Below, one piece after another: positions 24,001 through 39,000 of a stretch of DNA of 44,326 nt. The stretch covers positions 1 through 44,326 of the forward strand of contig JBFMBZ010000081.1 of the NCBI GenBank assembly GCA_040754615.1. The letters run 5' to 3'. Position 1 is the first letter of the stretch. Each line of letters begins with the position of its first letter. The position numbers and the translations under genes were made by a program. The DNA comes from Candidatus Omnitrophota bacterium (GTDB lineage: Bacteria > Omnitrophota > Gorgyraeia > Gygaellales > Profunditerraquicolaceae). The notes under the pieces were generated by a model that saw only the letters and a list, made by a program, of their open reading frames with translations, made no database searches and was not told the origin of the DNA.

Positions 24001-27000
24001 GAGCTGCTTTTCAACCGGCGAGCCGGCTTTCCCCTCTGCGTAGGGGGAGAATGAAATGTAGCGGGCCGCTGCGCAGAGATTCAGTTCCCACCAGCCACGG
24101 AAGGTAAACTGATTCCCTATAAATTCACGCAGCGACCCAAATTCTCCTGCAATATTATTCTCAATGCTGGCCGGAGAAGCGGAATTATTCAAACCCGCCC
24201 ATACCAAGACCATCGCAGTTTTTTGAAATGGAGACATATCATCTTCAAATACAGGCGTTTCTTGTAAAGTAACCCAGCCAAATCCTCTTTGAAGCAAAGC
24301 TATTCTTAAATCTTTCTTTGATATCCTAACCGCAGGAAGAAAAGGATGCTGATAGGAATAATCACAAGGATATTCTGTAATAAGCATTAACCCGTTTCTC
24401 TTCAGTAATGATTGGGAACTTACTAAATAAGATAAATCCAAAGAAACAAATCTTCCTTTTTGCTGCCAATATTCAAGCGCGCCCAAACATTCAGAGAATA
24501 ACACCAAATCAAATTGGCCGTTGGTTAACAGCGATTTTCTATATTTATGAATCTGCGTAGCATCTGCAGTTAAAGCGGAGATTCCTTTTCTTTTTAGGAT
24601 TTCAACGAAATCATTATCGATTTCAACTGCCTTAACTAAATGGCCTTCTTCTTTTAATACCTCCTCTAATAAGCCTCTTCCGGAGGCAACTGACAATATT
24701 AAAAGCCTTCTGCCTTTTGTTACATTTTCTATCTGAGCCAATAGATATTCCCGGTATGCCCCGCAAACTGATAATTTACTTAAAGCAGCGCTCTTATTCA
24801 TACTGCGAATCTTCTCTAAAATATTTCCAGTGGCATCTGGATCATTTATCGCAGAACTGGAATAAATATTTTGTCCTCGCTTAGCCTTACTTATGATTTG
24901 TTCTTCAGTAACCGGCGAAGCAGCTACGCCTTCATTAAGGAATGCCTCCAAGGCTACTTCAGGATAAATTTCAATCTCCGCAGAGCCGATATAATTGCTG
25001 ATTAACTTCACTCCCGGCATTCTTCTCCAAATCTCCAAATATTCATTTACCTGCACATATAATTTTAAGCTTGCATAATCGTTTTTAAGAAGATAGCTAA
25101 TCAACTGTTTATATAAGAGCTCCTCGTATTGCCTGTTTCTGTACTCTCTTCTCACAAATATCCAACTCACCTCTTTTTCTTCATAAGGACCAACGAGGAA
25201 CCCTCCGGCAAAATCTTTTGTCCTGTTATCAATTGCTACGGCTTGTATGTAGCTTTCTATTCCCGAAGGTATAATCATACAGGGCCACAAGGGATTCTCT
25301 AGATAGCATGCGTGTTCCAATGCTTCTAACTCCGGCCTGTCTTTTGCTTCCCTGATATCTATTCCGCTAAGGGCCCGGCTAAACTGGCGTAAATATTCTG
25401 CGGCAGTAATCCGTGCCTCCAATATACGGCTTAAACGCACGGCGTTTGCCTGATACTGCGCAAAATCACCCGGCCTTTGCCAATACACCTCTAAGGCCTT
25501 CATCATTGCCCGTAAATACGCTTCAGTTGTGCCGTCTTCCGGCGTAATGGTATTTCCTTCTCCGACCACATCATAATTTATTGGTATGCCCTGTGCCTGT
25601 AATAAACCTTCATTCCAGGGCGGGCTGAATTGTAAGCCGGCGCAGGCTCCGATATTTGCTTCTGTATATCCGGCAGCTTCGGTATTCTCAGCAGAATACT
25701 GAACCTGAACATCGGTTGCCGGCAATAAAGCCTTTTGCTGCTCTAAATTAAACCAACCCACTAACCTGAATACTCCCGGATAACCTTTCTTTGCCAGCCT
25801 CTTAGAAATGGCTTCCAAATGATTGTATAAATTATAGCTTTCTTGGGTCTCCTGCACTTTCCCGTAAATCACAACTTGTATTCCTGCCTTGACCAAATCC
25901 TCAATATCTGTTTCTGCAAACCTCACCTTTTCCTCTACGAGGCGGCCGGAATAAGAAACCACCGGCTTATTCGGGTCAAACCCTAACCTTTCTTTAGCCA
26001 CTCTCTTTACCGCCATTACGTGCTCTGCAGTTACATAATCATACTCTGCCTCAGGGAATAATTCTGATAATATTTGCCTGAATACCTTTGAAGTTGCCAG
26101 GCGGTCATCCCCGTTTGATACAGCGATAAGGTCCACATTAGGGTCGTATTTGTTTACTAAATCTACGTGCCTTGCCGCCACCCCGCCTCTCCAGTGGGCA
26201 GTGCGTAGCCCAGCACTGGTAAAATCTGTTACTCTCACACCATCATCGTTTGGATGCACAAACAATTTTTCAAATAGGCCATCAACCGGTATCTTGAACC
26301 TGTTTACTACCAAATCCCTTCCTTCTCTGTATTTAAAATACCCCCTGTTTCGGATGGTATGCGTAGTGTCCGCCAGCAAAGCGCCCTGCAATGCTATTAT
26401 CTCCCATTCTTTAAAGGCAAACATTACGCTTAAAGGAGCAAGTTGCGCATCGTTAATATGGATAACCGGAGGAAGCCACTCTTCGGGATGCGCGGAAAAT
26501 TCCTGCGCTTCTACCATGCTAATCAATTCCAGGGCGGCCCTTGAGAAAAACATAGTAAACTCTTCCATGGAAACGCGGTTATTCTGTGTATTGTAAGCAT
26601 AAAGCATATTGGTATAGTAAGCGCCTTCATCGCGCAAGAAATACCCTATAATTTCCGCAGGGGTTTTTCCTTCATAATCAATAACGCTGACTCTTTTCCC
26701 TTCTATGTCTATATCATATCTGGCAAGCTCTCTCATATCGGTTATGCCAAAGTTGGCGTAATTGAGCCTTTCTAACTGCCCCTGCTCATTACGGCCAATC
26801 ATATAGAAGGGCTCAATATGCCTTATTTCCAAATATCCCCCTGCCAATTCCTTCATTGCCGTCCCGTGATACTGCATTACTCTGCCTAATCCACCTGCCG
26901 GATTCCAGATCTCAGAGCTAATCTGCCAGAGCCTGCGGCCGATTAGCTTCGGAGCGTGCATTAACAGCCAGTCTGCGGGTATATTCCTGTCCAGCATTAA

Positions 27001-30000
27001 AAGAATTGCATCAATCAGCTCAAGCTTTCTAAGTTTGATATTTTCCGCCCTATTTAATAATGACACGATGCGCATATGCTCTTCTTTATTTAACAGGGCA
27101 ATTGCTTTTAAAACCGGATAACGCGCTTCTATGGGGTACCTGTAGCTTAATGTTTTAAAAGAATAATATTTGAGCAGCTTGATTAATCCGGGGTCGTCCT
27201 GGCTCCTGATTTCTGTCATTATCTCTTTCCAGCCCGGCAATGGCTTCTGTGTTAGCGCTGAAGCAGCCCTGCCCAAAGCAGAAGAATATAAATCAAGATA
27301 TTTCTTTGCCGGCGCATCCCAGGAAAAATCAGATGACATACCATTCCTTTGCATTACAACCCTTAATTCCCTGTTCTCAATAACCTGGAGAGCACCTCTT
27401 GTTGCCGCAAGCAGCGTCGGAGCATCAAAATCAATAAACTTAAACCCATTTACTCCGTGTTGGACAATCCCATCCAGGCCTCCGGTAGCGCGCACAACTG
27501 GAATTACGCCATAGAGCAAACACTTCAGCACATCCACATTGCAGGGCTCGTATTCAGAAGGTATCAATACTATATCTCCGCAGGAATACAGTTTACTGGC
27601 CAGGGTTTCGTTAAATGGCGTTTCTATATATATCCTTCCCGGATAAGCGTTCTTTAAATTCTCTAAGTCAGTGATAAACTTCCGATGGTAGTCCCGGCCA
27701 TCGCCTGTCCCCAGGAAAGCAAACTGGATATTTGTTCCGGATAATACTTCTTTTAAAACCGGCGGGATTAAATGCAGGCCCTTCTGCTCTACAATCCTTG
27801 AAATAACAACGATAAGCGTAGCCGTGGGGTCAATATTTAACTTTGTTTCTGCCTGGAAAGATTCTTTATTTTTGGGGCGCGCCTCACTAAAATTATCCAA
27901 ACCATACCTCACCGCTATAGAGGAATCAATCAAAGGATTCCACTTCCTGGTATCTATGCCGTTTCTGATGCCTACTAAATCATTCTCCCTGCTCAACAAA
28001 AGCTCCTGGAAACCATAACCCAGTTCAGTCCTCAGGATTTCCTTTGCGTATTCTTCGCTTACCGCAGTAAGCTTATGCGCGTAATTAAAGGCGGCTCTTA
28101 ACAAAGAGATAAATTGGCGGCCCTTGTCGTCTATATAATCTCTGAATTTATCCGGCGCAAGTCCCATTCCTGTCAAATACCAAAGCTCCTCAAGGAAATC
28201 TCCACGGTAACCTATATTATGAATTGTATGTATTGACCTGGTTTTCCTGAATAAGGGGTTTTGGGTTTGGTGCAGGTAAAGCGGGGCTAACGCTGTCTGC
28301 CATTCGTTGAGATGGATGATATCCGGGGATATTTCTAATGCATTGCATATCTCAAAAATGGAGCGCGGCAATATCACTGCTTCCTCAAACTGTTTCTGCT
28401 GTTCTTTTGTCCTGTATATATTTACAAAATGCTCGCCATCGTTTTCTATTAATATTACTTCCACGCCTCGGATGCTCTCTCTTGCAATACTGAATGTCCC
28501 TGTTTTGTTGCCAAGCGGTATATTTATATTAATGCCCGTGCTTCTTCCTGCCGTTACTCCTTCATATTTCGGCACTATCACATAGACTTTCTGGCCTAAA
28601 TCTACTAAGGCCGCGGATAACCCTGCGACTACGTCCCCTAAACCCGCCTCCTTAATAACCCCGCCCATTTCCGATGCTGCCAAGAAAATTTTGTGTTCCG
28701 GATATTCTATTGAGCTTGAAGCCTCGCGGGCTTTCTCCATAGCGCGCTGATAAACATTTTCATATTGAGGTATCCGCTGCGACCAATCTGGATTAAAGTT
28801 TATTACATAATTTAGGCACTCCTTAAATTTTGCCTCATCGTTAAAACGCATGCTGAAAAATTCTCTTGCTCTTTCATATGCTGCCCTTGCGCTCGCCATA
28901 GGGTCCCGGTCAAGCGGTGGAATAGCAAGAGCAGGGGTTCCATGGTTTTCCACGAAATCAATCAGCCCTCCTCTTTCCGAAACAATTACAATAACCCCTA
29001 ATGCTGCTAATTCCAGGTTAGCAATGCCTCCGGGCTCCTGCCTTGAGGGCATAAGGCTCAAGAATGAACCTGCGCCTATTTGTTTTGATAAGTGGTTATC
29101 GAATGTATTGGCAAACACCAGCTGGCCTTGATATCTTCTGCTTTCAACCAGGGTATTCAACCTGGCTACAAACTCTTCCCCTAATGTATCACCGGCTGTG
29201 CCAAGGATAGGAAGCTGAATCTTGGCATTTCTTACCCCCTCATGCTTGATATTTAATATCTCTTCTATTAAAGGAGGCCCACCCTGCCAGCGAGGAACAA
29301 ATAATAAATCCAGCCCTTTTTGCTTAACCAGGCGGCCTACAATACCCAACCCAACAGCATCAGGGTTAACTTCAAGCCCTAATTTTCTCTGTAGAGCAAG
29401 CATATTATCTATTGTCCATCCTAACGGATCATTCCCCATGTCAGGCCTAAACCCTTCTTTTTTGAGGGCAAGTAAATTCTCCGGCTTATGGTCCTTAAGA
29501 ACGATGCCGTTATAAACTCCGCCTAATTTCCCGCGCACTTCCCTTAACACTCCGTCTAAACCGCAACCACACTCAAGCGTAACCGCTTCTCTTAAATGTC
29601 CGTTACTTACAAAAACAATGCTGTCGGCATATATGAATGCTAATTTCATCAGGTTGTGCCTGCCTGCGATAGCCCCGCCCGGGAAAACCGACCAGAATTC
29701 CGCGCCAGTGTTATCCCTGGCATCCCTTAAACTCATTCTTAATTGGGTGAGCTTAAATAAATCCACCTCTACCTGGTCAAAGTAGTCTCCGTTATAAAGA
29801 TTTTCATATTTGCGTAAGACTCCGAGCTTAAGAAGATATAAAAAGAGCCTGTCCTGATAATACATCTTCATATACCCAGGGAAGACCCCCTGATATTCAA
29901 GGTTATGCGTGGTAAACAATGCTGCCGGCCTTACTCCCAGAGGCCATTTTTTATAACGGTAAAGTTCTTTTAGATAGGCAGGGCCAAGGCCTGTCTGCCA

Positions 30001-33000
30001 GTCATTAAAATGCAGGACATCAAACTGGATGCCTAATTTTTCCTGAATGATAAACGGTGCGCGTGACAATACTATTCCCTCAACATACCCGCCGAAAGAA
30101 TCCGGATGAGGCTGGCTGTAAAGTTTAACAAAAAGGTTTCCGCTCTCGTCATACAATAAAAAGACCGGGACGCCAAAGAAATCCTCTACATAAACGAGTT
30201 TAAAGGGGATGGTTCCCAGGCCGACAGGTATCTCTAAATTCTCCATAAGGACTGCTCCGTCATATGCTCTCAAGAATTCCTCTAAACTCCCGTAATTATG
30301 CTTTACATCCGCAGAGTGTAATGCTTTTAGGTTAAAAGAAGCGAAATCATGTTCTCCTAATACTCTGGGTAATTCCATTGTATAAAGCCCCTGCCCACCC
30401 CCCTTGCCGTCTACATGTTTTAACCTATTGCCTTTTTTGTCATTTAAAACCATCTCCATAGCGATAAAGCAGACGGCAATCTTGCCTGACTGCCTGGCCT
30501 TATTAATCCGCTCTATTATCCTGTTCTTTATCTTTTGATTTGTGTCAAGTTCTCTAAGGCCAGTTACCGGAGATGCCGAGCTGATGCGCGAAATGGTTAC
30601 CTCATCGGACTTACGGTATAGCCCGAATCTATCCTGCAAAGTCACTAATGCTGCCCGGGTAACCTCCACCTCGCCAAAGAATTCTGTGCGTAATCCTTGA
30701 GTAGCTTCGTATAGCTCTTTAAAATTATCCGGGCTGATAATATCTGTAATCCGGCCCAATGCAATATTGACTAAAGGAGTGCGCCTGCGTACGTCAGGGT
30801 AAGCCTCGGTGAGCCTTCTTTTTAATTCAAATATATTCTCATCGTAAACATGGCCCTCTACGAATAAACATCCGTCCGGCCCGAGATTCACCCCTTGGAA
30901 TATTATTCTTATCAGGCCGGTCCTTTTAAAGATTGTCGTTACCTTCTGGGACATTTCGTCATCTAGTTTCGGCGTAAACTCGGTTACCTGCCCAAAAGGA
31001 GTGTCATAAACAACAGCAAAGATTGTGCTGTGCAGCAAATCCCTGGGCACCGGATTAAGCGCACCGGATATCTTATTCATCATGTTGACGATGGCCGCCA
31101 TCTTATCAAGCATCGGGCCGGTTAAAACCGGGTCTTTAATAATCAAGGCTACGGCGTAATGGCCAGGATTCCTGAGAGGGTCAGGCGCTTTATTATTTAA
31201 AACCATTTCCCCGGTTTCCTTCCAGATAGAGGCGTAGGCATTCTCTAAGCTATACCTGTCTGTAACGGGCAGAAACCCGTTAATCGAAGAAGAGCAGGCT
31301 CCGGATTGCAGGTTTTCTCCTGCCTGTTTAATAATTTCGAAAGAGAGATGCATTGTAAAGTAATCCAGATGCTCAGTGATATAGCGCAAGGAAACATGCT
31401 CCACTTTGTAATATTCATCCGGAGGTGAAAGGTTATTATCGGCAAGCCATCCTGCGAGGCTCATTAATTCTGACGGGTCTTCTAATAGCGGCCAAATCGG
31501 CAAATCCCATAAATTCGGTCCTTTCCTCATAAGCCCCGCCATAGACACTATCTTTCCATCTGCTTTGATAGGCATGGCTATGCGGGCTAAGATATCTTCG
31601 GCCCTTTGGCCGAATAACAAGCCGTCTTTATTGGGGAGAATATCAAAAATGCCTTTAAATATTACTGCCCATTTAATCTTCCATTCGGGCTGTTCTCCTA
31701 CTCTTACCGGAGCAAAATTAACAAATTGATTCGCGCCTATAGACAATTTAACCCCTTCCGGGCTGGCCGGCACCAATGGCACCGTAAATACTGCAGAACC
31801 CTTCCCAATGCGTGAGCCGCTGGCAAGTTTAGATAAATAAATCTGAGCGCCTTCTTCTATATAACAGTCATCTCCTATTATCGTATGGTAGAAAATAGTG
31901 TTTTGGCGGACCGTTGAGTCTCCTTCTATAAACCCGCCCTGGATTAGCTCATCGGGACCGATTGCTTTCAGGATGATGTCTCCTTCAGTTAAAGAACGGG
32001 TGCTCCTCATCGCCGTGAAATAAGCCGTGTCGCTTCCGTAATCTGAATACATTGTATTTGGCCCTGCAACTTTAATCATATGTAATGGCGCCGGCGCGTA
32101 TGTCCTTAAGCCTTTCTGCACACGCTCCCAGTGCTGTGCATGGTAAGCAACAAAATCCTGGAGAGCCTCTCCTTCCAAAACCCTGCCAGCCAGTTTTTCT
32201 TTAAGGTATTGTGATTTGCTTTTCAGGGCTGCCGAGTACCAATCCGGAGAAAGATTTATCTGATATATAGGTAAAATGGCCTGCACCCTTCTTTCAATTT
32301 CAGCCGCCTCTTCCACTAAGCTTCTTAAAACTCCTTTATAGCGTGCAGGGTTAGAATCGCTCCATATTGTACTCGCGGTATTTGACATAATCTGGCGGCT
32401 ATATATTTTGTCGGAGCTAAAGCTGATTCCCCATTCTGCTTGATGTATTCTCATCTCGTCTTTAGAAGGCTTTTCTTGGAAAGCAATTATTTCATGGCCC
32501 TGCTCTCCCTTTGTCTGCCTTAATACAAACATACCTAAATTATTGGCTACTTCATCAATTGTGGCGGGGTTGCCAAAGAGGCTTATGCCGTCAAATACTT
32601 TTTCGGTCTCTGTAACCAAACACCCGTCTCCGTTAAATATCCCAATCCAGCCAAAGGGGATGCTCTCATTTAGTTTCCTTTGGAAGGTTTTTAGCTTGTT
32701 CATAAATAATGTGTGCTGATATATGCCGATGGAAACAATATCTATCAGGGTGAGCAGTTTTTTCCTTCTTTGCATCTCCTTTGCCAATCTGCCGTTCCCT
32801 AAATTGGCCATTATCGGCATGAGTACTTTTGAGGCTAAGCGTGCAGTAAATCTTGTGCCCAGCCCTCCGGCCTGTTTAAATACTACCCGCGCCTGCGCCA
32901 GCACTTCAACTATTTGCTCCCAATTCTCTAAAATCTGCGCTGCGGTAATATCTTCGGCGGGAATATCTGTGATGATGCCGTATTTTACCGCAATATCCCG

Positions 33001-36000
33001 GCAAATTTTAAGCATTCCTAAGGCAACCACGCCATTGTCTCCCACGTTATTCCTCTCGCCGAACTTTTCTTTATGCGCGGGGTTGACTACAAAAATATAA
33101 TTTACGTCATCGCGATAAACCACTCCCCTTAGCCTGTTCATCATAAGCTCAAAATACTGCGCCTGGCCTTCGTTCCAGCAGGTCCATACCTCGTAATCAT
33201 AGGAAGGCACCTTACTGCAGATAGCCTCATCCCAGGCAGGAAGCATAACCTCATAAAATGTGTGGTTTATTAAAATTATAGACTCTAAATTATCAAGTAA
33301 ATAATAAATCTTTTCAAGCCGCTCCCCGGCGTCATTTTGTAACCCGCTTAGAGAATTTAACTGATTATGCTTTTCCTTAAGCGGAACAAGATACTTCTTG
33401 ATAAAATCCCGGTAATTATAATTCTTGGCCTTTGACTCTGCTCTCCATAAATTCCATACATTGTTAATTAATTCGCTTAGCCTGCTTATTTCTTTGTCAA
33501 TATCTTCCTCCCCTTCAATCGGGCTTCCCGCGGACTCGAGATTAATAATTCTTGTTTCGCTGCGGTTAAGCCCAAATTCATCCTGGGTAGTAACCAACTT
33601 CGCATTAAAGACTTCTATCTCTCCTATTTCTTCTTCGATGAATTCTGTGACTTTTTGGAAAAGTGCTTTAAATTCCTGCGGCGTAACCTCCCGCACCAGC
33701 CTTGCCAATATTATAGAGGGATTGTGGACTCGCCTTCTTTCGTCAGGATACTCAGTTCTCAATCTTGACAGTAAGCCTATTGCCGCCTGTTCGTCTACGA
33801 ACCGGGCTTCTGCAAATACTTCCCCTCTCATAGTTAACCCTATGCCCATTAATCTGATTTTTATGGGCCCGACAGACTTCATTATCCGTGTAACTACCCT
33901 TGCCATTTCTTCGTTGCAATTTAACACCGATTCATCCACTTTCTCTAAGGGGATGCGATTAAGTATGCAAAACAAATTGCTATAGAGTTGCTCACGAGAA
34001 ACAGTTTCTAACGCATGGCTCCCGAGAGAAAGCACGCCGCTGATTGTCATTAATTTATCCACTATCTGTTTTTCCATTGTATCTTTATCAGCAATCAAGC
34101 TTATTGAATAACCGGGCGTATTCTTAAGGGGCTCTGGAACCCTACTCTCTGCTATCATATTCGCGGTTATCCTACGCACTGCTTCATAAGTAGGCCTTAT
34201 TATATAGGTCTCTCTATACCCGGGCACTGTTATTGTTTCGCCGGTTGCTGCGGCATCAGGGAATTCTCTCTTTTGCAGAATTTCTGCTTCCAAAGACAGG
34301 GTAGGCAAGGGCAGGTGGCTCTTGATTAATCTGACGTCGAGAGAAGGTTCCCGGGATAAGGCTGACTCAATGATAGCCATAAGCGCGCTTATCTGTGTAT
34401 TTGCGATAATGCCCCCTTTAAACACGCTACGTAAAGCCATGTAACAAATATTCTCTCTGATGCTTAAGGTAATCTGCGGAATTCCTTCTATATATAAACG
34501 GTTCTTCTTGGACTGTATGCGCTCTAAGTTGCCCACCAAATCAATCATTGCATTTTCTATTTTCTTTAATGCCACTTTTAATTCAGTCTCGGGTTTGAGC
34601 TTAAATTTCTCGTGCATATATTCAAGGAGGCCTTTCTGCTCAAGGCTTAATCCTATGCCTTCTATATCCACGTCTCTTAATAAAGTTGTGTCGCTATAAC
34701 GGCTTTTCAGTGAATTTATAAATATGGCGAGAATAATAAAGTTTACAATATTCTCTTTTAAAGGCTCAAACCTGGTCTCTGTTCCGGATTCCTGGCCAGT
34801 GGCTACTTCCACGAAGAGGGTCTTTGTAAACCAGGTATGCATACCAGCCAGGTTTGTAGGCTGGAGCCCGGGCTTGGCCTTATCCAGCTCCCAACTTTGC
34901 ATGCTAAACCTTTGCTGGCCAAGCAATTCATTCCTATAAAAACCTAACTTGTATGGTTCCTCCTTGCTCAGCCTATTAGGCATCCCTAAAAAGCTAAAGA
35001 CTTCAGAAATTGATAAATTGCTGCCTATATACAAATCCTGAATATAGCCCACAATATCCAGGAGATAATTGGCAGTATTGAATAAAGGAAAGTATGTTTC
35101 CACAGACCTGTTTGAAAGCGCTTTTAAGAATTCCGGGCTTAAGCCATTGGCAAAAGAAGGGTCGCCAAAAGGCACTATTGCAATCTCTTTGATTTGCTCT
35201 GGCAATTTATTGGCTTCTTCTGCGGTCAATCCGTCTTTTCTGGCAGAAGGGTCAAAAGGATTAAATAACCCCGCTTCATCCATCTGCCATCCCTCCAAAA
35301 GGCCTTTGTTCTGGCCAAATTCTCTTAGGCTTTCAGGTATAAAATCAGGCCGCAGCTTAACCGCAGTGCCTCCCCCCTGCCCTGCGGGTTTTTCTGCCAC
35401 CTCGTTAATCAGGTTCGCATCTGTAAGGTACATCATGGCTAATAATACCGGAGAAATATTCGCCGCGCGGTTATCTACGTTGGATATAAAATTATACCTG
35501 TAGCCCTCTTTTAACAAATCAAAGGCTGCCCCTGAATAGATTAAGTCCAGAAAGGCAGAATCATGCCCGTCAGGCCAGGATACATCCTCCCATTTTTTAT
35601 AGGGGTAAATACTCCTCAGGAATTCTCCAGTATAAAGATGGTAAAGCTGGCCCGTAGGGACACGGATTATTCTTATATCTGAAACATATTCGGTAGGATG
35701 CTCATAGTAATTCCTCTTTGTGCTGCTGGGATAATACCCTAACCGCACCAGCTCCTCTCTTATATCGGAGTCGGTAAGAAAACTCGTGAATATGACTACG
35801 GGTATATTTTTGTTTAAATAACCCTTAAGTTCGGAATTCACAAAATTTACCTGCGCCAGCGCTACCTCAATAATTGTCCTTACCCCGTCAATGGGCACGG
35901 AATATACACCCTTTGCTTTATCAATAGTAATCTTTTTACCGTCCGCAGTGCAGACTACTTCTGCATAGCGGGTGCCTTTTCCCCCCGCTGAAATTATATT

Positions 36001-39000
36001 TGCTGCGGATGTAACTAACGGCAAACCGATAGCATAAAGGGCTTCATACGATATAACTACCCCTCTTCCTCCCCCTGCTTCATCGCTCTTGGTCTTCCCT
36101 ATAGCGTCAAGCAGGTCTTCTATTTGCTTATCACAGGCACTTACTTTTTCTGCAGACAAGTTGGGGAAGGCTTTGCCCCTGGCCATTCTTAATTGCCAGC
36201 TTAATCCGCGCAATCTTCTAGTCGCTTCGTCTACGGTTATGTCTAAACAGGTAGTTTCTCCGGGTTTTGGTAAATACGCCGAATCCCCTGCCTGAGTTTG
36301 ATTGCCGCGTTCCCATTTATGCAGCGCATCCCAATTCTCTAAGAGGAAATTAAGCGGCAGGGGTTTTTTGTTTTCAGCTGCTTTTATATCCGCATCACTT
36401 AAGTTCTCTATGAGGCGCTGCCTGCGTTTTAAGTCATTAATCAGGAACCCTAAATCGCGAGGGCATCCGGTTTCAGAATCAATATCAACCCTGCCTGCGT
36501 AGGCAAGCATCTGAACGGCAATCTGATATAGCCCGCTGTTATAGGGTTCGTGTAAAATAATATATCCGAGATGGTAATTAATAAAATGCCTATGGAAAAG
36601 GGTGATTTCTGGCAAACTCATGCTGTATGCCTCCTGGCTTTCCAGAGACCAAAAGTCCATTTTCGCTAAATATGCCGCAACAGCAAGATGGCCTAAGCTG
36701 CCTAACTCCCCTAACCCGTGCATATAGGAAATAAACTTTGAAAAACGTGCCTTAATTAAGAATGCGCTAAGATGCTGCTCATTGATTCTTCCTTCAATGC
36801 TATAATCTAAGAAAACAAGCCGGTAAAGCTCCCTGGCAGTATGCGCAGGCGCGACTTTTTCTATCTCCTCTTCAAATGGGGCATAGAGAAAAGGACGCGG
36901 CCCCTGGCCTGCAATGCGGCCCTCTAATTCAAGATGGCGCTGTTCGTGCTTAAATCCTTCCAAAACAATCCTTATTAATTCTTCTTTGTTCTCCGGGCCA
37001 AGTCTCGGGTAGACTTTATTGAGCAGTTCTAAGTATAAGCTGGTCATATAAGCATAGCGCCTGCTGCGGCTGTATCTTAAAACCGTATCGGCTACCGAGC
37101 ATCTTTCCATGTAATTCAAAAGAATTACGTCAAACCAGTTGAAGAATTCTCCTTTATGCGCTTTTAGTGCGCTATAAAATTCTCCCTTCTCTGAAAGGCA
37201 GGGTATTTCTATGTCCGTTTCTGCGCGCGCGGTAAGAGGCTCATCGCTGAATAATGCCCGGGGATTACCCGCTTCTATGGCGTCGGTAAAGAGCATTTCC
37301 ACATACTCATCGCATTCTCTGTGCTCAACATTGGAAAGCGGCCCGCCTAACAAGCGTAGCGCCCCCTCAGGGCCTTTTTCTATGGAGCTTGAGGCGCTAG
37401 AAGGATACCTTCTGTCTTTCTTTGCCTCAACCCGGGAAACATACGCATTTAATTTCGCTATCTTTCCTATCAGGGTATCGCGGGCAGCAACTAAGGTTTT
37501 TGCCGGCTCTACTTTCAGGCCCGCACCGCTACTAATGTGCGCTATTATTGCCCTTCTTTTCAAATCTTTAGCCTCAAGCCTCCCCTTTAATTGAGAAAGC
37601 GTGATTTCCTCGCCATAAGGAGCAATCAGGTCTGTTAATACCCCGGCTTCTGTTTTGTAATTTTCAGGGTTCTCCTTAAGCGGCTCAAAACGGGTAGCCA
37701 TTATTTTAGCCTGCGCATCAGGGTCTTTTTTCTTGATTACCTCTCCTGCCACTACTTCTACAAAACAGGTATCAACAAGCCAGGTCTGGTCTCCGGCTAA
37801 GTTTGTAGACTGGAAAGCAGGATAGCGCTGGTCTACTTCAAAACATTGCATCGCCAGCCTCTTATTGTCCGCGTAATCGTACCTTAGCTGCGCCCTTAAC
37901 GATTCCTCTGTATTAAACCTGTTCATCAATATTTCTACCGCGTCTTCCGAATTAAATTTAGGGAATTGCTGTTGGATAAAGCCTACGAGGTCAAAGACAT
38001 AATTTGCAGTATTAAACAGGGGCTGATACGTATCAACGATTGCATTTAGCAGTTGCGTCAACTCATGGATATCTTTGGTTTCCTTTAATCCTTCTGTTTG
38101 CAATTTTTCAGGGCCGAATAATTTGGCGGCGATGCGTTTAACGGAATCATCCAGCCCTATTAACTCCTTTGACGCTAAAACTAAATCCCGGCCTTCTTTC
38201 TTCGCATCTTCCAACCGGTTTAATGTAGCGCCGAACATCAGCGTTGCGTCTGCCTGAAACCCTTCAATCAACCCTTTAGCGTAGCCGAAGTTTATGCATG
38301 GAGGCACATTGTCTTTTTTGAATTTAGCAGGCGCTCCGCCCTTCTGGCCTGCGGGCTTCTGGGCAATCTCGTTAATTAATGCCTTTCCGGTTAGGCCCAT
38401 GAGCGCAAGCAGGGCCGGCTCTACAGATGCAGCCCGATTATCAACATTAGAAACGAATAGATACCTATAGCCTCTTCTTACTAATTCCACCATCTGTCCG
38501 CTGACAATAGGCTCAACAAAACTTGAGTCATGGCCATCGGGCCAATAAACCTCCTCCTTCTTAAGTTCCGGCTGCATATTAATCAGGAAGTCTGCGGTAT
38601 GCTTATAAAGAAGGTGTGATTTATTATGCTTTATAATCCTTACTTCTGAATAATATTGGTCAGTGTGGGTGTAGAGATTATTATTTGCGATATCCCGTTC
38701 ATAGCCTATCCTCATCAAGTCAGCTCGGATATCCTCGTCTGTCAGATGGCTGGAATGTATTACTACGGGTATATTCTGCAGGAGGTAGCCCTTTGTGCGG
38801 TATTCCCTATTCTTAAAGGAAACCTGGGCAAGGGCGACTTCAAGGATAGAGCGCAATTTACCGTCTATCTCAATAAGGTAGATCCCTTTTGCGCGCTCGT
38901 CTATATATTTCCTGCCCTGTTCATCAAATAAAACCTTAGAATACCTCATTCCCCTGCCGCCGGCAGAAATAGTGACTACTGCCTTTGAGATATATTTCTT

